Positions 39,466 through 50,405 are shown, counted from the stretch's first letter. The stretch: 59,685 nt of DNA from Alphaproteobacteria bacterium UBA6149 (GCA_002423155.1 DIUV01000012.1:1-59685); one strand, 5' to 3'. Translations and numbers: made by a program. The notes: generated by a model from the sequence alone, not told the origin.

Positions 39466-40287
39466 TTATTTAGAATTATTTTCTGCGTTGAAAGACACTT
39501 TGCCCGCCTTAGCACTAATCGCCCAAGCATCAAAAACTGATTGTTCAACCGCGTGAATTTCAATGGGCATAAATCCGTGCTTTATTCCACAAAGCTCCGA
39601 ACATTGCCCATAATAAACGCCCGGTTTTTTAACTTGAAACCAAGTCTCATTCAAACGTCCGGGAACCGCATCCACCTTCAAACCAAAAGAAGGAACAGCC
39701 CAGCTATGAATCACATCCGCCGCTGATAATAAAATCCGCACCTTTGCACCAACAGGCACCACCACGGGATTATCCACACTCAACAAATGCACATCCCCTG
39801 CACGCAAATCCTTTTTTTCCTTGATATTGCTCAGATAAGAAAAACCCCCATTATCAGGATATTCATACTCCCAATACCATTGGTGTCCTGTAACTTTAAT
39901 AGTCATATCGGGAGCTACCGCTTTATCCATATAATAATGGATTTTTATCGAGGGGATAAAAATAGAAATCAAAATCATGGTGGGAATAATTGTCCAGATA
40001 ACCTCAATCATGGTATTATGCGTAGTTTTGCTAGGCGTTGCATTATTGGAATGATGAAACTTCACCCCTACATAAATCAACAAAGCCGTAACAAATGCCA
40101 CCACCAAAGCCACAATAACCATCAGATAATTATGCAGCCCAATCAATTTCTCCATCACGGGAGTTGCCGCTTGCTGAAAATTAATTTGCCAAGGAACTGC
40201 ATTACCGACCTCGTCAGCTTGCGCGGAAAAGCCAAATAGCATCAATAAAGAAAATGCAGATAGCAACTTCATCAGTAGATTTTTCAT
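39466..40287 (-). CDS. coxB: Cytochrome c oxidase subunit II
   Basis: GHQWYWEY, DVIHSW, CSELCGIKHGFM CuA motif. Confidence 0.97.
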   Translation of the reverse strand: MKNLLMKLLSAFSLLMLFGFSAQADEVGNAVPWQINFQQAATPVMEKLIGLHNYLMVIVALVVAFVTALLIYVGVKFHHSNNATPSKTTHNTMIEVIWTIIPTMILISIFIPSIKIHYYMDKAVAPDMTIKVTGHQWYWEYEYPDNGGFSYLSNIKEKKDLRAGDVHLLSVDNPVVVPVGAKVRILLSAADVIHSWAVPSFGLKVDAVPGRLNETWFQVKKPGVYYGQCSELCGIKHGFMPIEIHAVEQSVFDAWAISAKAGKVSFNAENNSK

Positions 40288-40423
40288 ATTTTTAAATCCA
40301 TATTTTTAAATAAACTAGTGTAACTTGCTCCAATGACGAGTTAGAACTTTAAGCATATTTATTAGTTTAGAATAATTATTAAATGCATTAGAACAATTTT
40401 TTTGGCATTAAAACAATTTTTTT

Positions 40424-41875
40424 GTGGAGAGCAAGTTGAATTTAGATACATCTTTATCAAAAAGTGGGCTTTTTGAACACGCTAATATGAATCAATCGCA
40501 GGTACAGGCTCAAATAGATGACGCTTTACACCAGATGGATGATGGCGAATTATTTTTAGAATATGCACAAAGTGAGAGCATTGTTTTTGATGATGGTCGG
40601 GTAAAAAGCGCCAGCTTCAATATTGCGCAAGGTTTTGGCTTGCGTGCAGTACAAGGCGAAGCAAGTGGTTTTGCCCACTCTACCCAGTTAGATATAGATG
40701 CTATAAAACGTGCCACACAAACTGTCCGCGCACTGGCAGGACAAGGCAAAAGCGGCAAAGTTAATCTAGCGCATCAGCGCCCCAGCTTAAAACTATACAA
40801 TCAGGAAAATCCCATAAATTCAGTAGAATTTTTTGACAAAATCAAACTAATGGAAGCAATAAACCATTATTTGCGCAGCAAGGATGACCGCGTGCGACAG
40901 GTAAGTATTTCCTTGTTTGGCGAATGGCAACTAGTAGAAATCCTCCGCGCAGGCGGCGAGCATCTGCGCGATGTGCGCCCCTTAGTGCGGCTGAATATAT
41001 CCGCAGTGGTAGAAAAAGACGGCCGTATGGAAAGCGGCTCTTCCGGCGTGGGTGGGCGCTTAAATTACCTTGGCTATATCACTCCCGAGGCTTGGCAAGC
41101 CCAAGCGGACGAAGCCCTCCGCCAAGCCTTAGTAAATTTAGAAGCGCGCCCCGCCCCCGCAGGCGAAATGCCCGTAGTGCTAGGCGCAGGCTGGTGCGGA
41201 GTGTTACTGCACGAAGCAGTTGGGCATGGCTTGGAGGGGGATTTCAACCGCAAAGGTACTTCGGCATTTTCCAACAAAATTGGTCAACAAGTCGCTGCCA
41301 AAGGTGTTACCGTAGTAGATGATGGCACGCTGGAAGGACGGCGCGGCTCTATTCAAATCGATGATGAGGGAACCCCCAGTGGGCGCACGGTTTTAATTGA
41401 AGATGGAATTTTAAAAAATTACCTGCAAGACCGCCTCAATGCACGACTAATGGGCATGACTCCTACGGGCAATGGACGACGCGAGAGCTTTTCTTGCCAA
41501 CCCATGCCCCGTATGACCAATACTTTTATGTTAGCTGGCAATGCGGTACGCGAAGAAATGATTGCATCAGTAAAAAACGGCGTCTATGCGGCTAATTTCG
41601 GCGGTGGGCAGGTGGATATAACTTCAGGAAAATTCGTATTTTCTGCCTCGGAAGCTTATAAAATAGAAGACGGCAAAATAACTTATCCGCTCAAAGGCGT
41701 AACCCTGATTGGCAGCGGTCCCGAAATCATGCAAAGAATTTCCGCCATTGGTAATGATTTGGAGCTTGATAAAGGCATTGGCACTTGTGGAAAAGCCGGG
41801 CAGAGCGTGCCTGTGGGCGTGGGTCAGCCATCTTTGTTGATTGATAAAATTACCGTGGGTGGCACGGAAGTTTAA
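40424..41875 (+). CDS. tldD: Metalloprotease TldD
   Basis: HEAVGHGLEGD, PMPRMTNT, GTCGKAGQSVPVGVGQP; divergent from coxB as commonly seen. Confidence 0.95.
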   Translation: MESKLNLDTSLSKSGLFEHANMNQSQVQAQIDDALHQMDDGELFLEYAQSESIVFDDGRVKSASFNIAQGFGLRAVQGEASGFAHSTQLDIDAIKRATQTVRALAGQGKSGKVNLAHQRPSLKLYNQENPINSVEFFDKIKLMEAINHYLRSKDDRVRQVSISLFGEWQLVEILRAGGEHLRDVRPLVRLNISAVVEKDGRMESGSSGVGGRLNYLGYITPEAWQAQADEALRQALVNLEARPAPAGEMPVVLGAGWCGVLLHEAVGHGLEGDFNRKGTSAFSNKIGQQVAAKGVTVVDDGTLEGRRGSIQIDDEGTPSGRTVLIEDGILKNYLQDRLNARLMGMTPTGNGRRESFSCQPMPRMTNTFMLAGNAVREEMIASVKNGVYAANFGGGQVDITSGKFVFSASEAYKIEDGKITYPLKGVTLIGSGPEIMQRISAIGNDLELDKGIGTCGKAGQSVPVGVGQPSLLIDKITVGGTEV

Positions 41876-41953
41876 AAATAGCGGAAGTTTTATATTGAAA
41901 ATAGCGGGGATTTGATTTATAAAATAGCGGGAACTTTTTTTATAAAATCGCGA
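41875..41953 (+). repeat. Four 23-bp-periodic direct repeats overlapping the promoter of the AAA ATPase gene
   Basis: AAAATAGCGG at 41875, 41898 and 41921; AAAATCGCGA at 41944; TTGAAA(41895)-N17-TATAAA(41918) inside the array. Confidence 0.7.
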
Positions 41954-43197
41954 TGATTAGCTTCAACAATTATGCCAGATGGCAAGTCAAAAACATAGAA
42001 TCGGCATTAAGAACTCGGCGGGTTTTGTTGCTGGCAGGTCCGCGGCAATGCGGCAAAACCACACTAGCCAGAAATTTAGGCATTGAGAATAGTTTTTACC
42101 GCACTTTAGACGATGCAACTATATTAGCTGCAGCCGTAAATGACCCTAACGGATTTATTCGCCATGCGGATAATTTGATGATTATTGACGAAATTCAGCG
42201 CGCGAGCCTACTTCTAACCGCGATAAAGCAGGATGTAGATGAAAATCAGGCAATGGGACGGTTTTTGCTTACTGGTTCTGCAAATATTCAGTCTTTGCCC
42301 AATGCTACAGAATCATTAGCAGGTCGCGTACATAAAATCCGCCTGCGCCCATTATCTATGGGAGAAATATGCGGAAAATCTGCGGATTTCATTGACAATG
42401 CCTTTGCAGAAAATTTTTCAGATGCCCAAAATACTTCTGCAGATAAAAATTATTATCTCGAGCTAGCTTTACGAGGCGGCTATCCAGAAATATTAAGATT
42501 TAACAACCATCGAGAAGTTCGCAAGTGGCATCGCGATTATTTAGACAGTCTTATGGAGAGAGATTTAAAAGACATCGCCAATATAAAACGCAAAGACAGC
42601 ATGTTAAAACTACTGGAAGTGCTGGCGGCTTGGTCGTCTAAATTTATGGACGTCTCCGCAATCGGCAGCAGCTTAAGCCTCTCTCGCCCAACGTTAGAAA
42701 CTTATATAAATGCATTAGAAACCTTATTTTTAATTGAACGGGTAAGACCGTGGAGCAAAACAGATTATGATCGCGTCAGTCGTCAGGATAAATTATTCAT
42801 GACGGATACTGGTTTAATCGCTTCCATTCTCAACTGGAATTTGGAAAAAGTGCAATTAAATGGTGAATTAAACGGCAAATTACTCGAAAGTTTTGTCTTC
42901 ACCCAACTTGCTGCCATTATAGATGCCCGCGAAAATAATTATCAGCTTTATCATTATCGTGACCGCGAAAAACGGGAAATAGATTTTATCGTCGAAGATG
43001 AAGATGGCAATATTTTAGGCATAGAAGTAAAAGCAGGCTCGGCTATCAATAAAAAACATTTTCAACATTTGGAATGGTTTAAAAACAACCTCATAAAAAA
43101 TCATAAATTTACAGGAATAATCCTTTATACTGGCGATAAATCTCTATCTTTTGGCAATAATTTATGGGCAGTTCCTATGAATAATTTATGGGCTTAA
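41953..43197 (+). CDS. AAA_14-type ATPase with DUF4143-like C-terminus (wHTH + PD-(D/E)xK-like)
   Basis: GPRQCGKTT, IIDEIQR, LTGS, LAGR, GGYP, KLFMTDTG, EIDFIVE...IEVK. Confidence 0.88.
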   Translation: MISFNNYARWQVKNIESALRTRRVLLLAGPRQCGKTTLARNLGIENSFYRTLDDATILAAAVNDPNGFIRHADNLMIIDEIQRASLLLTAIKQDVDENQAMGRFLLTGSANIQSLPNATESLAGRVHKIRLRPLSMGEICGKSADFIDNAFAENFSDAQNTSADKNYYLELALRGGYPEILRFNNHREVRKWHRDYLDSLMERDLKDIANIKRKDSMLKLLEVLAAWSSKFMDVSAIGSSLSLSRPTLETYINALETLFLIERVRPWSKTDYDRVSRQDKLFMTDTGLIASILNWNLEKVQLNGELNGKLLESFVFTQLAAIIDARENNYQLYHYRDREKREIDFIVEDEDGNILGIEVKAGSAINKKHFQHLEWFKNNLIKNHKFTGIILYTGDKSLSFGNNLWAVPMNNLWA

Positions 43198-43298
43198 ATC
43201 TTCACATAATCTTCACACAACCAACTAAATCTTTGTGTTAGTGTCTAGTTCAATAATAATTTTACTAAATACACATAATACGACAAAGGTAATTTAAA

Positions 43299-44537
43299 AT
43301 GTCTCAAGCAACCCCTTATAGCGCCGCGGCGGAGTCTTTGCGTCAGTTTATTGCTGGACATAATTCCAATAGCGACGCGGGTTTTCCTATTCCGCTGAGT
43401 GAAGTTAAGGTTAGCATGCATCCAAGTCATGATTCTGACAGTAAAAAAGAATCTTTGGCTATTCGCATCACCCTACCTAAAGATACGCAAGATTTAATTG
43501 GTCCGCGGCATGTAGAAAACGCCTTGCGTGCCATATTAGCAAAAATCCCGGCATTTGAGCCCTACGCAGATTTTAATGCCCCATTAGATACGATTGATAG
43601 TAAAGCCATTATTGCTAATTTGATGGCGCAACATCCTGATCGTTTCCCGCCAGCCGAAAAAGCGAAAATTCTTAATTGGAGCGGCTTTGAAACAGTTGAT
43701 GCGGAAGGGAATAAGATTGATCATTATAACAATGGCGACAAACCCAAAGCAGAAAATGATAATGGCAGAGTGTCCTTTACTTTTAGAAGCATACATACCG
43801 CAAAAGATGGGGAAATATGCACTTCTGAATTGCTTGCCCACCATTTACAACAACAAAAACAAGCCATAAAAGCCGAAATAATTCAGCAGGCTTGCGCTTA
43901 TAATGCCGCTTATCAACAACAACATGGCACGCCGTTATTTAATAATGCTGATTTGAATCTGATAGATATTCTCGCCACTAATAACGCAGGGCTATATCGT
44001 GATGGGGTTTCTATTAATATTGGCATTCCCAAAAGCCCTGCTTTGCCTAATTATGCGCGTCCAGAAGATGCTCTTGGAGAATCTACCTTAGCAAAACTGG
44101 ATGTGACTGTGCTTGGCTCCATCATTGAACATGCGGTACTTAAAACCTGCTCACCCGAATTATTCTCTCGCATTGCGCCAGAAGATGCCATCAAACAGGA
44201 ATTGCAAGCTCGGTTAGCTGGTACTGGCAGTGATGCTACTTTAGAAAATTTATTTCATCATTCAGAATTATTTTCCAGTCGCTGGAGTAACAAAGAAAAT
44301 GAAAAAGACAAAATAAGCTTTTCTGACCATTGTTATAGAGATGCTCCCGACAAAGAAGGAGAGGGATCTGTGTCATTAACCATACAATTTCCACGCGGAG
44401 TAAGTGCTATGAATGTAGTGAACAGCATGGTTCCCCAAACGCAACATCCGCAACCACAAGTTAATAATGCACAACCGCAAGGAACAGTTAATATGTTCCA
44501 AGCGGCGGCTAATAAATTTGGTGGATTATTCCACTAA
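43299..44537 (+). CDS. Hypothetical protein (orphan, possible secreted effector)
   Basis: 412-aa open frame with AAAGGT RBS; no recognisable family; Pro/Gln-rich C-terminal tail. Confidence 0.7.
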   Translation: MSQATPYSAAAESLRQFIAGHNSNSDAGFPIPLSEVKVSMHPSHDSDSKKESLAIRITLPKDTQDLIGPRHVENALRAILAKIPAFEPYADFNAPLDTIDSKAIIANLMAQHPDRFPPAEKAKILNWSGFETVDAEGNKIDHYNNGDKPKAENDNGRVSFTFRSIHTAKDGEICTSELLAHHLQQQKQAIKAEIIQQACAYNAAYQQQHGTPLFNNADLNLIDILATNNAGLYRDGVSINIGIPKSPALPNYARPEDALGESTLAKLDVTVLGSIIEHAVLKTCSPELFSRIAPEDAIKQELQARLAGTGSDATLENLFHHSELFSSRWSNKENEKDKISFSDHCYRDAPDKEGEGSVSLTIQFPRGVSAMNVVNSMVPQTQHPQPQVNNAQPQGTVNMFQAAANKFGGLFH

Positions 44538-45802
44538 CCAAAGCGTGCTTGCATGGCAGCAAAAGACTCCAAACCGCCACCATTACCTAAACAAGTAAAG
44601 GTCAGTGCAGAGGTTTTGGCAATTTTTTCGGCTTGCGCGGTAATTTCGCTTAAAGTTACGGCTTCTATTTCCGCAATTAATTCTTCACAAGTGCGATAGC
44701 GATTATAGACTAATAAATGCCGCCCAATCCACTCACTCACCGAGGCACTATTTTCGCGCGCCATAAGCAAGCCTGCTTTATATTGTTTTTTTGCACGCAA
44801 CAATTCTTCTTCGCGGGCATCGAGGGCGAGTTTTTGTACTTGTTCGCAGATTACGGGGATTAATTCTGCTGCATGTTCTTCCCCAGTTGCCGCATAAATG
44901 GCAAATAATCCTACATCTCGATAAGCAGAAAGATTGGAAGAAACATGATAAGCTAATCCGCGTTTTTCGCGCACTTCTTGAAACAAGCGTGAGGACATCC
45001 CGCCCCCCAAAATGGTAGAAAACAGCTGAAATGCGTGATATTCTGGGTCATAAATCGCGGGCGCAGGCATGCCAAGGGCAACATGTAATTGCTCTAAATC
45101 ATGAGCAATTCGACAATCTCCACCCGAATAAGCCGCATTAGTCGCAATTCCCCCCAAACCTAAAGCCGCATCGGCAGGAAAACTAAAAGCATTACCCACT
45201 AACTCAACGAATTCTTCATGCTCCACAGCTCCCGCAGCACTTACCACCATGCGCTTCGGGTGATAATGTTTTGCCATGTAGTTTTGCACGTCACTTCGGC
45301 TAAAACCCTCAATATTTTCTATCGTTCCGAGTATGGAACGACCCAAAGGCTGGTCGGGATAAGCGGTAGCTTGGAAATAATCAAAAATCAAATCTTCGGG
45401 CGAATCATGATGCATGGCGATTTCTTGCAAAATCACTCCCCGTTCGCGCTCTAATTCCTGCTCATCAAACAAGCTATTGCAAAGAATATCGCCGAGAATA
45501 TCTACCACTAAAGGCAAATCCGCCGATAACCCTTTGGCATAATAAACCGTTTGTTCGGAAGCGGTATAAGCATTGCCGGTGCCACCAATATCATCAAAGC
45601 TTTCGGCTAATTGCTTGGCATTGCGGCGGGTGGTTCCTTTAAATGCCATGTGCTCTAAAAAATGCGACAAACCATTTTCCGATTTATCTTCATAACGCGC
45701 GCCCACATCCACTGAGACCGACACTGAAGCGCTATTCATACTCGGCAAAAACTCGCTAGCTACTCGTAATCCACTGGCTAGCGTAGTGCAATTATAACTC
45801 AT
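44534..45802 (-). CDS. M16B family zinc peptidase (MPP-like)
   Basis: GLSHFLEHMAFKGT (HxxEH), LGGGMSSRLFQEVREKRGLAY. Confidence 0.93.
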   Translation of the reverse strand: MSYNCTTLASGLRVASEFLPSMNSASVSVSVDVGARYEDKSENGLSHFLEHMAFKGTTRRNAKQLAESFDDIGGTGNAYTASEQTVYYAKGLSADLPLVVDILGDILCNSLFDEQELERERGVILQEIAMHHDSPEDLIFDYFQATAYPDQPLGRSILGTIENIEGFSRSDVQNYMAKHYHPKRMVVSAAGAVEHEEFVELVGNAFSFPADAALGLGGIATNAAYSGGDCRIAHDLEQLHVALGMPAPAIYDPEYHAFQLFSTILGGGMSSRLFQEVREKRGLAYHVSSNLSAYRDVGLFAIYAATGEEHAAELIPVICEQVQKLALDAREEELLRAKKQYKAGLLMARENSASVSEWIGRHLLVYNRYRTCEELIAEIEAVTLSEITAQAEKIAKTSALTFTCLGNGGGLESFAAMQARFG

Positions 45803-47229
45803 TTAGGAAGACCATTCACAAAAGCTTTTACCGCTCCAGCATCCGCGGGCATTTTAGTGATGCGCTCTTCTAAGCTAAATAAATCCTGCAAATGTTTCGG
45901 CAAAGTGGGAGTAACTCCGCTGGCTTTTAATACCGCATCAGGAAATTTTGCGGGATGGGCGGTTGCCAGCGCAATAACCGGCACTGCTTGGGGTAAGTTC
46001 ATTTTTTGAGCAGCATACACAGCAATAGCACTATGCGGATCTAATAATTCCCCCGTTTTTTGGTAGATCTCGCCAATGCACTGCAAAGTAGCATTATCAT
46101 CAACTGCTTGGGCAGAAAAACCCGCCCGCAAAGCAGCATGTTGCGCCGATTCCAGCGAGAAACTATTTTTAGCTTTTAGCTCAAGCATTTTAGTTTGCAC
46201 CATTGCGGAATTATTGCCATATAATTCAAACAATAAGCGCTCAAAATTACTGGAAATCTGAATATCCATACTTGGGCTATAGCTAGGCTCAACATTTTGC
46301 ATATTATATTCACCCGAAGCAATACAACGCGCCAAAATATCATTGCGGTTGGTGGCAACCATTAAATTTTCTATTGGCAAGCCCATACGCCGCGCCAAAT
46401 GCCCCGCATAAACATCCCCAAAATTGCCCGTGGGCACCGAGAAAGCTACTTTACGCGCGGGCGCACCCACCGCCAATGCGGCGTAAAAATAATAAACCAC
46501 CTGCGCCAGAATCCGCGCCCAATTGATAGAATTAACTGCCGCCAATGGATGTGATGCTTGCAACTCACTATCAACAAACAAGGTTTTTACAATATTCTGG
46601 CAATCATCAAAATTACCCTCTATCGCCAGACAATGTACATTCTTATCGGTAATGGTGCTCATTTGCCGCCGCTGCACTTCGGATACGCGTCCATGGGGAA
46701 ATAATATCACAATATCCATACTCGCCCGACCACGACAACCCGCAATCGCCGCCGACCCCGTATCTCCCGAGGTAGCTCCTAAAACCACCAGTTTTTTGCC
46801 CGAACGCGTAAGAAAGAAATCCATTAAACGCCCAAGAAACTGCAAAGCAAAATCTTTAAACGCTAAAGTTGGTCCATGAAATAATTCTAATAACCATAAA
46901 TTATTTTCTAATTGTTTCAAAGGCGCAATGGCAGGGTGCGAAAACCCTGCATAAGTTTCCGCCAATATTTTACGCAAATCTGCATCAGCGATAGCGCCCC
47001 CACTAAGCGGTTGAATTATATTAAAAGCCAATTCATCATAAGGCAGACCAACCCAACTAGCAAGCTGGGCAGGAGAAAAATGCGGCAACTCTTCAGGCAC
47101 ATAAAGCCCCCCATCAGGCGCAAGACCTGCCAATACCGCCGCTTCAAAATCTAAAGCAGGCACACCAATATTACCCCGTGTGGATATATATTTTATGGGC
47201 GAATTATTATGCATCTGTGCAGCCAGCAT
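45799..47229 (-). CDS. thrC: Threonine synthase
   Basis: YISTRG, GLAPDGGLY, ELFHGPTLAFKD, ATSGDTG, NSINWAR, PTGNFG, TAHPAKF. Confidence 0.96.
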   Translation of the reverse strand: MLAAQMHNNSPIKYISTRGNIGVPALDFEAAVLAGLAPDGGLYVPEELPHFSPAQLASWVGLPYDELAFNIIQPLSGGAIADADLRKILAETYAGFSHPAIAPLKQLENNLWLLELFHGPTLAFKDFALQFLGRLMDFFLTRSGKKLVVLGATSGDTGSAAIAGCRGRASMDIVILFPHGRVSEVQRRQMSTITDKNVHCLAIEGNFDDCQNIVKTLFVDSELQASHPLAAVNSINWARILAQVVYYFYAALAVGAPARKVAFSVPTGNFGDVYAGHLARRMGLPIENLMVATNRNDILARCIASGEYNMQNVEPSYSPSMDIQISSNFERLLFELYGNNSAMVQTKMLELKAKNSFSLESAQHAALRAGFSAQAVDDNATLQCIGEIYQKTGELLDPHSAIAVYAAQKMNLPQAVPVIALATAHPAKFPDAVLKASGVTPTLPKHLQDLFSLEERITKMPADAGAVKAFVNGLPK

Positions 47230-47232
47230 AAA

Positions 47233-48639
47233 TTATTTTTCTCTAAATGAGTGATTCATATAATCTGAGATTGGGCTCACCAGATAAGATAACATAGTGC
47301 GCTCCCCCGTAACAATCAACACGTCAACCGGCATCCCAGGATATAATTCCACTTTCATCGGCATTTTCTTCAATTCTGACTTAGGTATGCCAATTCGTGC
47401 CAGATAATAAGATTCGTTCGCCCGATCATTGGTGATTCTATCCGCGGAAACCGTACGCACCACACCTTCAATTGGCGGAACCTTACGGCTTTTGTAAACC
47501 GTTAAGACCACGCGAGCAGTCAGACCGGCACGCACAGAATCAATATCTTGGGGCGAAACTTTGGCCTCAACAATCAATAAATCATCGCGCGGAACTATAT
47601 CCATCAATTGCTCACCAGGAGTTATTACCCCACCGATTGTATGAACTTTTAAGCCCGTAACCGTGCCCGTAATAGGAGCGATAATATCAATTCGATTCAT
47701 CATATCTGCGGCAGCGCGGATTTTTTCCTCTAAATCAGTAATTTGCACCTGAGCATCACGCAATTCGGTCACCACATCATTGAGAAATTTATTGCGCAAA
47801 TTAATCATATTCAATTCAGCTTCGCCAATGGCTTGTTCAGCGCGTGAAATCATTGCCACATGATCACCATGTGCGCCGCCTAATTCGGCAGATTGGCGCT
47901 GCAAAGCTAACAATCTCGGCTTCATGGCATTGCCACTTTGCAAAAGTTTTTTCACCACATTAATTTCTTCGTTCAATAAAGAAAGCTGCCGATTTGCGGC
48001 GGAAACTTGTGAACGCAAACCCACTATTTCATTACGCTTTTGAGCAATCTGTTGATTTAGAATATTCACTTGCCCTTCAATATTCTTGCGGCGCGAATCA
48101 AATAAACGTTGTTGCGCATCCAAATTGGCGGCTACGGCAACATCTTCTTTTTTGGCTTTTAATAAATCATCAGGAAAAGTAATGGTGGGTGCACTATCAC
48201 GCTCCGCCACCAAACGCGCAGCGCTCGCACGATAAGCCATGCTTTGTGAACGCAACATATCTAAACGCGCTTTGGTTGAAGTTTCATCCAGACGAATTAA
48301 TACATCCCCAGCATTTACCACCCCCCCCTCTTTAGCGCGTAATTCCTTAACTATCCCGCCTTCTAAATGCTGAATGGTTTTTTTGTTAGAATCTAAGGTA
48401 ACTTGCCCCTGAGCAACCGCAGCCGTACTGATAGGAGCAATCGCCGCCCAAATGCCAAATATGAAGAATAATATAAACATCCCCCACAAACCAATCACCA
48501 CCGCATTACGCGAAAGTGATAAAGGTGTATCTCCAAGCTCGGCATCCCTCGGGCACAAAACATCACTAGTCTTATCTAACAAGCCCAACAATTGTTGTCC
48601 CTGGCGTAACATTTTTTTATTAAATACCAGCTGGCTCAT
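47233..48639 (-). CDS. Type I secretion membrane fusion protein (HlyD/AprE family)
   Basis: IQHLEGGIV, APITGTV, HTIGGVI, PGMPVDV, YLVSPI, C-terminal FRE. Confidence 0.92.
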   Translation of the reverse strand: MSQLVFNKKMLRQGQQLLGLLDKTSDVLCPRDAELGDTPLSLSRNAVVIGLWGMFILFFIFGIWAAIAPISTAAVAQGQVTLDSNKKTIQHLEGGIVKELRAKEGGVVNAGDVLIRLDETSTKARLDMLRSQSMAYRASAARLVAERDSAPTITFPDDLLKAKKEDVAVAANLDAQQRLFDSRRKNIEGQVNILNQQIAQKRNEIVGLRSQVSAANRQLSLLNEEINVVKKLLQSGNAMKPRLLALQRQSAELGGAHGDHVAMISRAEQAIGEAELNMINLRNKFLNDVVTELRDAQVQITDLEEKIRAAADMMNRIDIIAPITGTVTGLKVHTIGGVITPGEQLMDIVPRDDLLIVEAKVSPQDIDSVRAGLTARVVLTVYKSRKVPPIEGVVRTVSADRITNDRANESYYLARIGIPKSELKKMPMKVELYPGMPVDVLIVTGERTMLSYLVSPISDYMNHSFREK

Positions 48640-50405
48640 TATTCTCCTCCAACTGCTTTAACCGCAGTATTATTATCTGGTTGATTCTGGGCTGATTGGC
48701 TTTGGGCTGACTGATTCTGGGCTGATTGATTGGCATAATGCCGCAAAACATCATCACGCGCACCGAAATTTTCAATAGTTCCTGCGCGCATTACCAGAAT
48801 TTTATCCACCGTAGATACAATGGTGGGGCGATGGGCAACCACGACATGAGAAATTTTATGTGCACGAAGACGGGCAAGTGCTTCTACCAACATGCGCTCA
48901 CCATCTCCATCCAAGTTCAAATTTGGTTCATCCAACACCACGAAACGAGGATTTCCATAAAGCGCTCGCGCCATACCAATACGTTGACGTTGCCCCGGAG
49001 ACAGACCTAAATTACCATCCCCACATTCAGTTTCATAACCTTTCGGCAAACGCAGCACCATATCGTGCACTCCTGCTGCCATTGCCGCTTCCAGCACTTT
49101 TTCCATCGGCGCATTTACATCTAAACGTGCGATATTATCCTTAATAGTTCCACTGAACAAATCCACCTGCTGCGGCAAATATCCCACATATTGTCCAAAA
49201 TCTTTGCGATTCCATTTAAAAGTTTCCACCCCATCTAAACGCACAGTTCCATGCGTAGGCGGCAACAAACCAATAATTAACTTAGCTAAAGTAGATTTAC
49301 CCGCCGCACTTGGCCCAATAATCCCCAAGCCCTCTCCCGGAGCCAAAGAAAAATTAATCCCCTTAATAATCGGAGCAGATTGAGACGGAGTATAAACCAG
49401 ACTTTCCACCGTCAACAATCCCTTCGGCGCGGGCAGAGCAACACTTCCACGATGCAATGCCTGCTTAACTTCAAAATGTTTATTCAAACGATGCCAAGAA
49501 TCCCGGGTAGAAATCCAGCTTTTCCACAAATTAATTGCCGCTTCAAAGGGAGCCAAAGCCCGACCAGCCAAAGTAGATGAAGCAATCATCCCGCCCATAG
49601 TCAACTCATTACGAATTACCAGATAAGCCCCCACCCCCGTCATCGCCACTTGAATAATCATGCGCAAAAACCGTGAGATAGATTGAATTAACGTAGCACG
49701 ACCACTGGCAATATCTTGTTCGGCACAAGCAGATTTATGCGTAGCTTCCCAATTAGCAATAACCGCATGCATCATTCCCATAGATTCAACCGCCTCGGAA
49801 TTTCTTCCCGCCGTATCCGCCATTATTTGTGCTTTAGTACTGTGTTTAGCCGCACGCTCAACAATTTTTTTAGTTGCCAACTCATTAACCACCCCAAAAA
49901 CCAGCATTATCAGGATACCAACCACCGTAACCAGACCAAGAATGGGGTTGATGGCATAAATAACAAATAAAAATATCAAAGACCAAGGAATATCCAACAA
50001 TGCAGCCGCCCCCTGCCCCCCGACAAATCCGCGCACAACCGCCAAATCTCGTTGCATACTAGCGGCACTAGTCATCCCCCCACCTGCCGAAGAACGGGTA
50101 ATCGCATAAGATAACAACTCTGGCGCTAAAGAGCGATCCATCCACTCGGCAATGCTCGACAAAATCATGCCGCGCACCGCAGAAAAAAAACTATAAAAAG
50201 CGAAAAAAACCACCACAATCACGGTTAGCATAATCAAAGTTTCTAAGCTGTGACTAGAAAAAACCTTATCCATCACCAACATAGAATACATCGGCAATGC
50301 CAACATCATAACATTAGACGCCAAACTAAAAATTGATGCGTAAACCAAACTACGCTTCATTTTCTGCAAAGCAGCCTGTAGGGGGGTCTCTTTATCTTGA
50401 GCCAT
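48639..50405 (-). CDS. Type I secretion ABC ATPase/permease (PrtD/AprD family)
   Basis: TM domain, GPSAAGKST, GYLPQ, LSPGQRQR, LDEPNLNLD. Confidence 0.92.
   Translation of the reverse strand: MAQDKETPLQAALQKMKRSLVYASIFSLASNVMMLALPMYSMLVMDKVFSSHSLETLIMLTVIVVVFFAFYSFFSAVRGMILSSIAEWMDRSLAPELLSYAITRSSAGGGMTSAASMQRDLAVVRGFVGGQGAAALLDIPWSLIFLFVIYAINPILGLVTVVGILIMLVFGVVNELATKKIVERAAKHSTKAQIMADTAGRNSEAVESMGMMHAVIANWEATHKSACAEQDIASGRATLIQSISRFLRMIIQVAMTGVGAYLVIRNELTMGGMIASSTLAGRALAPFEAAINLWKSWISTRDSWHRLNKHFEVKQALHRGSVALPAPKGLLTVESLVYTPSQSAPIIKGINFSLAPGEGLGIIGPSAAGKSTLAKLIIGLLPPTHGTVRLDGVETFKWNRKDFGQYVGYLPQQVDLFSGTIKDNIARLDVNAPMEKVLEAAMAAGVHDMVLRLPKGYETECGDGNLGLSPGQRQRIGMARALYGNPRFVVLDEPNLNLDGDGERMLVEALARLRAHKISHVVVAHRPTIVSTVDKILVMRAGTIENFGARDDVLRHYANQSAQNQSAQSQSAQNQPDNNTAVKAVGGE

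Noticed and set aside
41875..41953. Possible mini-CRISPR array
   Set aside because: The 23-bp period with ~10-bp conserved boxes is far too short for repeat-spacer units, and there are no cas genes.
48639..50405. Inactivated ABC ATPase because the signature reads LSPGQ
   Set aside because: Walker A/B, Q-loop and H-loop are intact; a single substitution is not enough to call loss of function.
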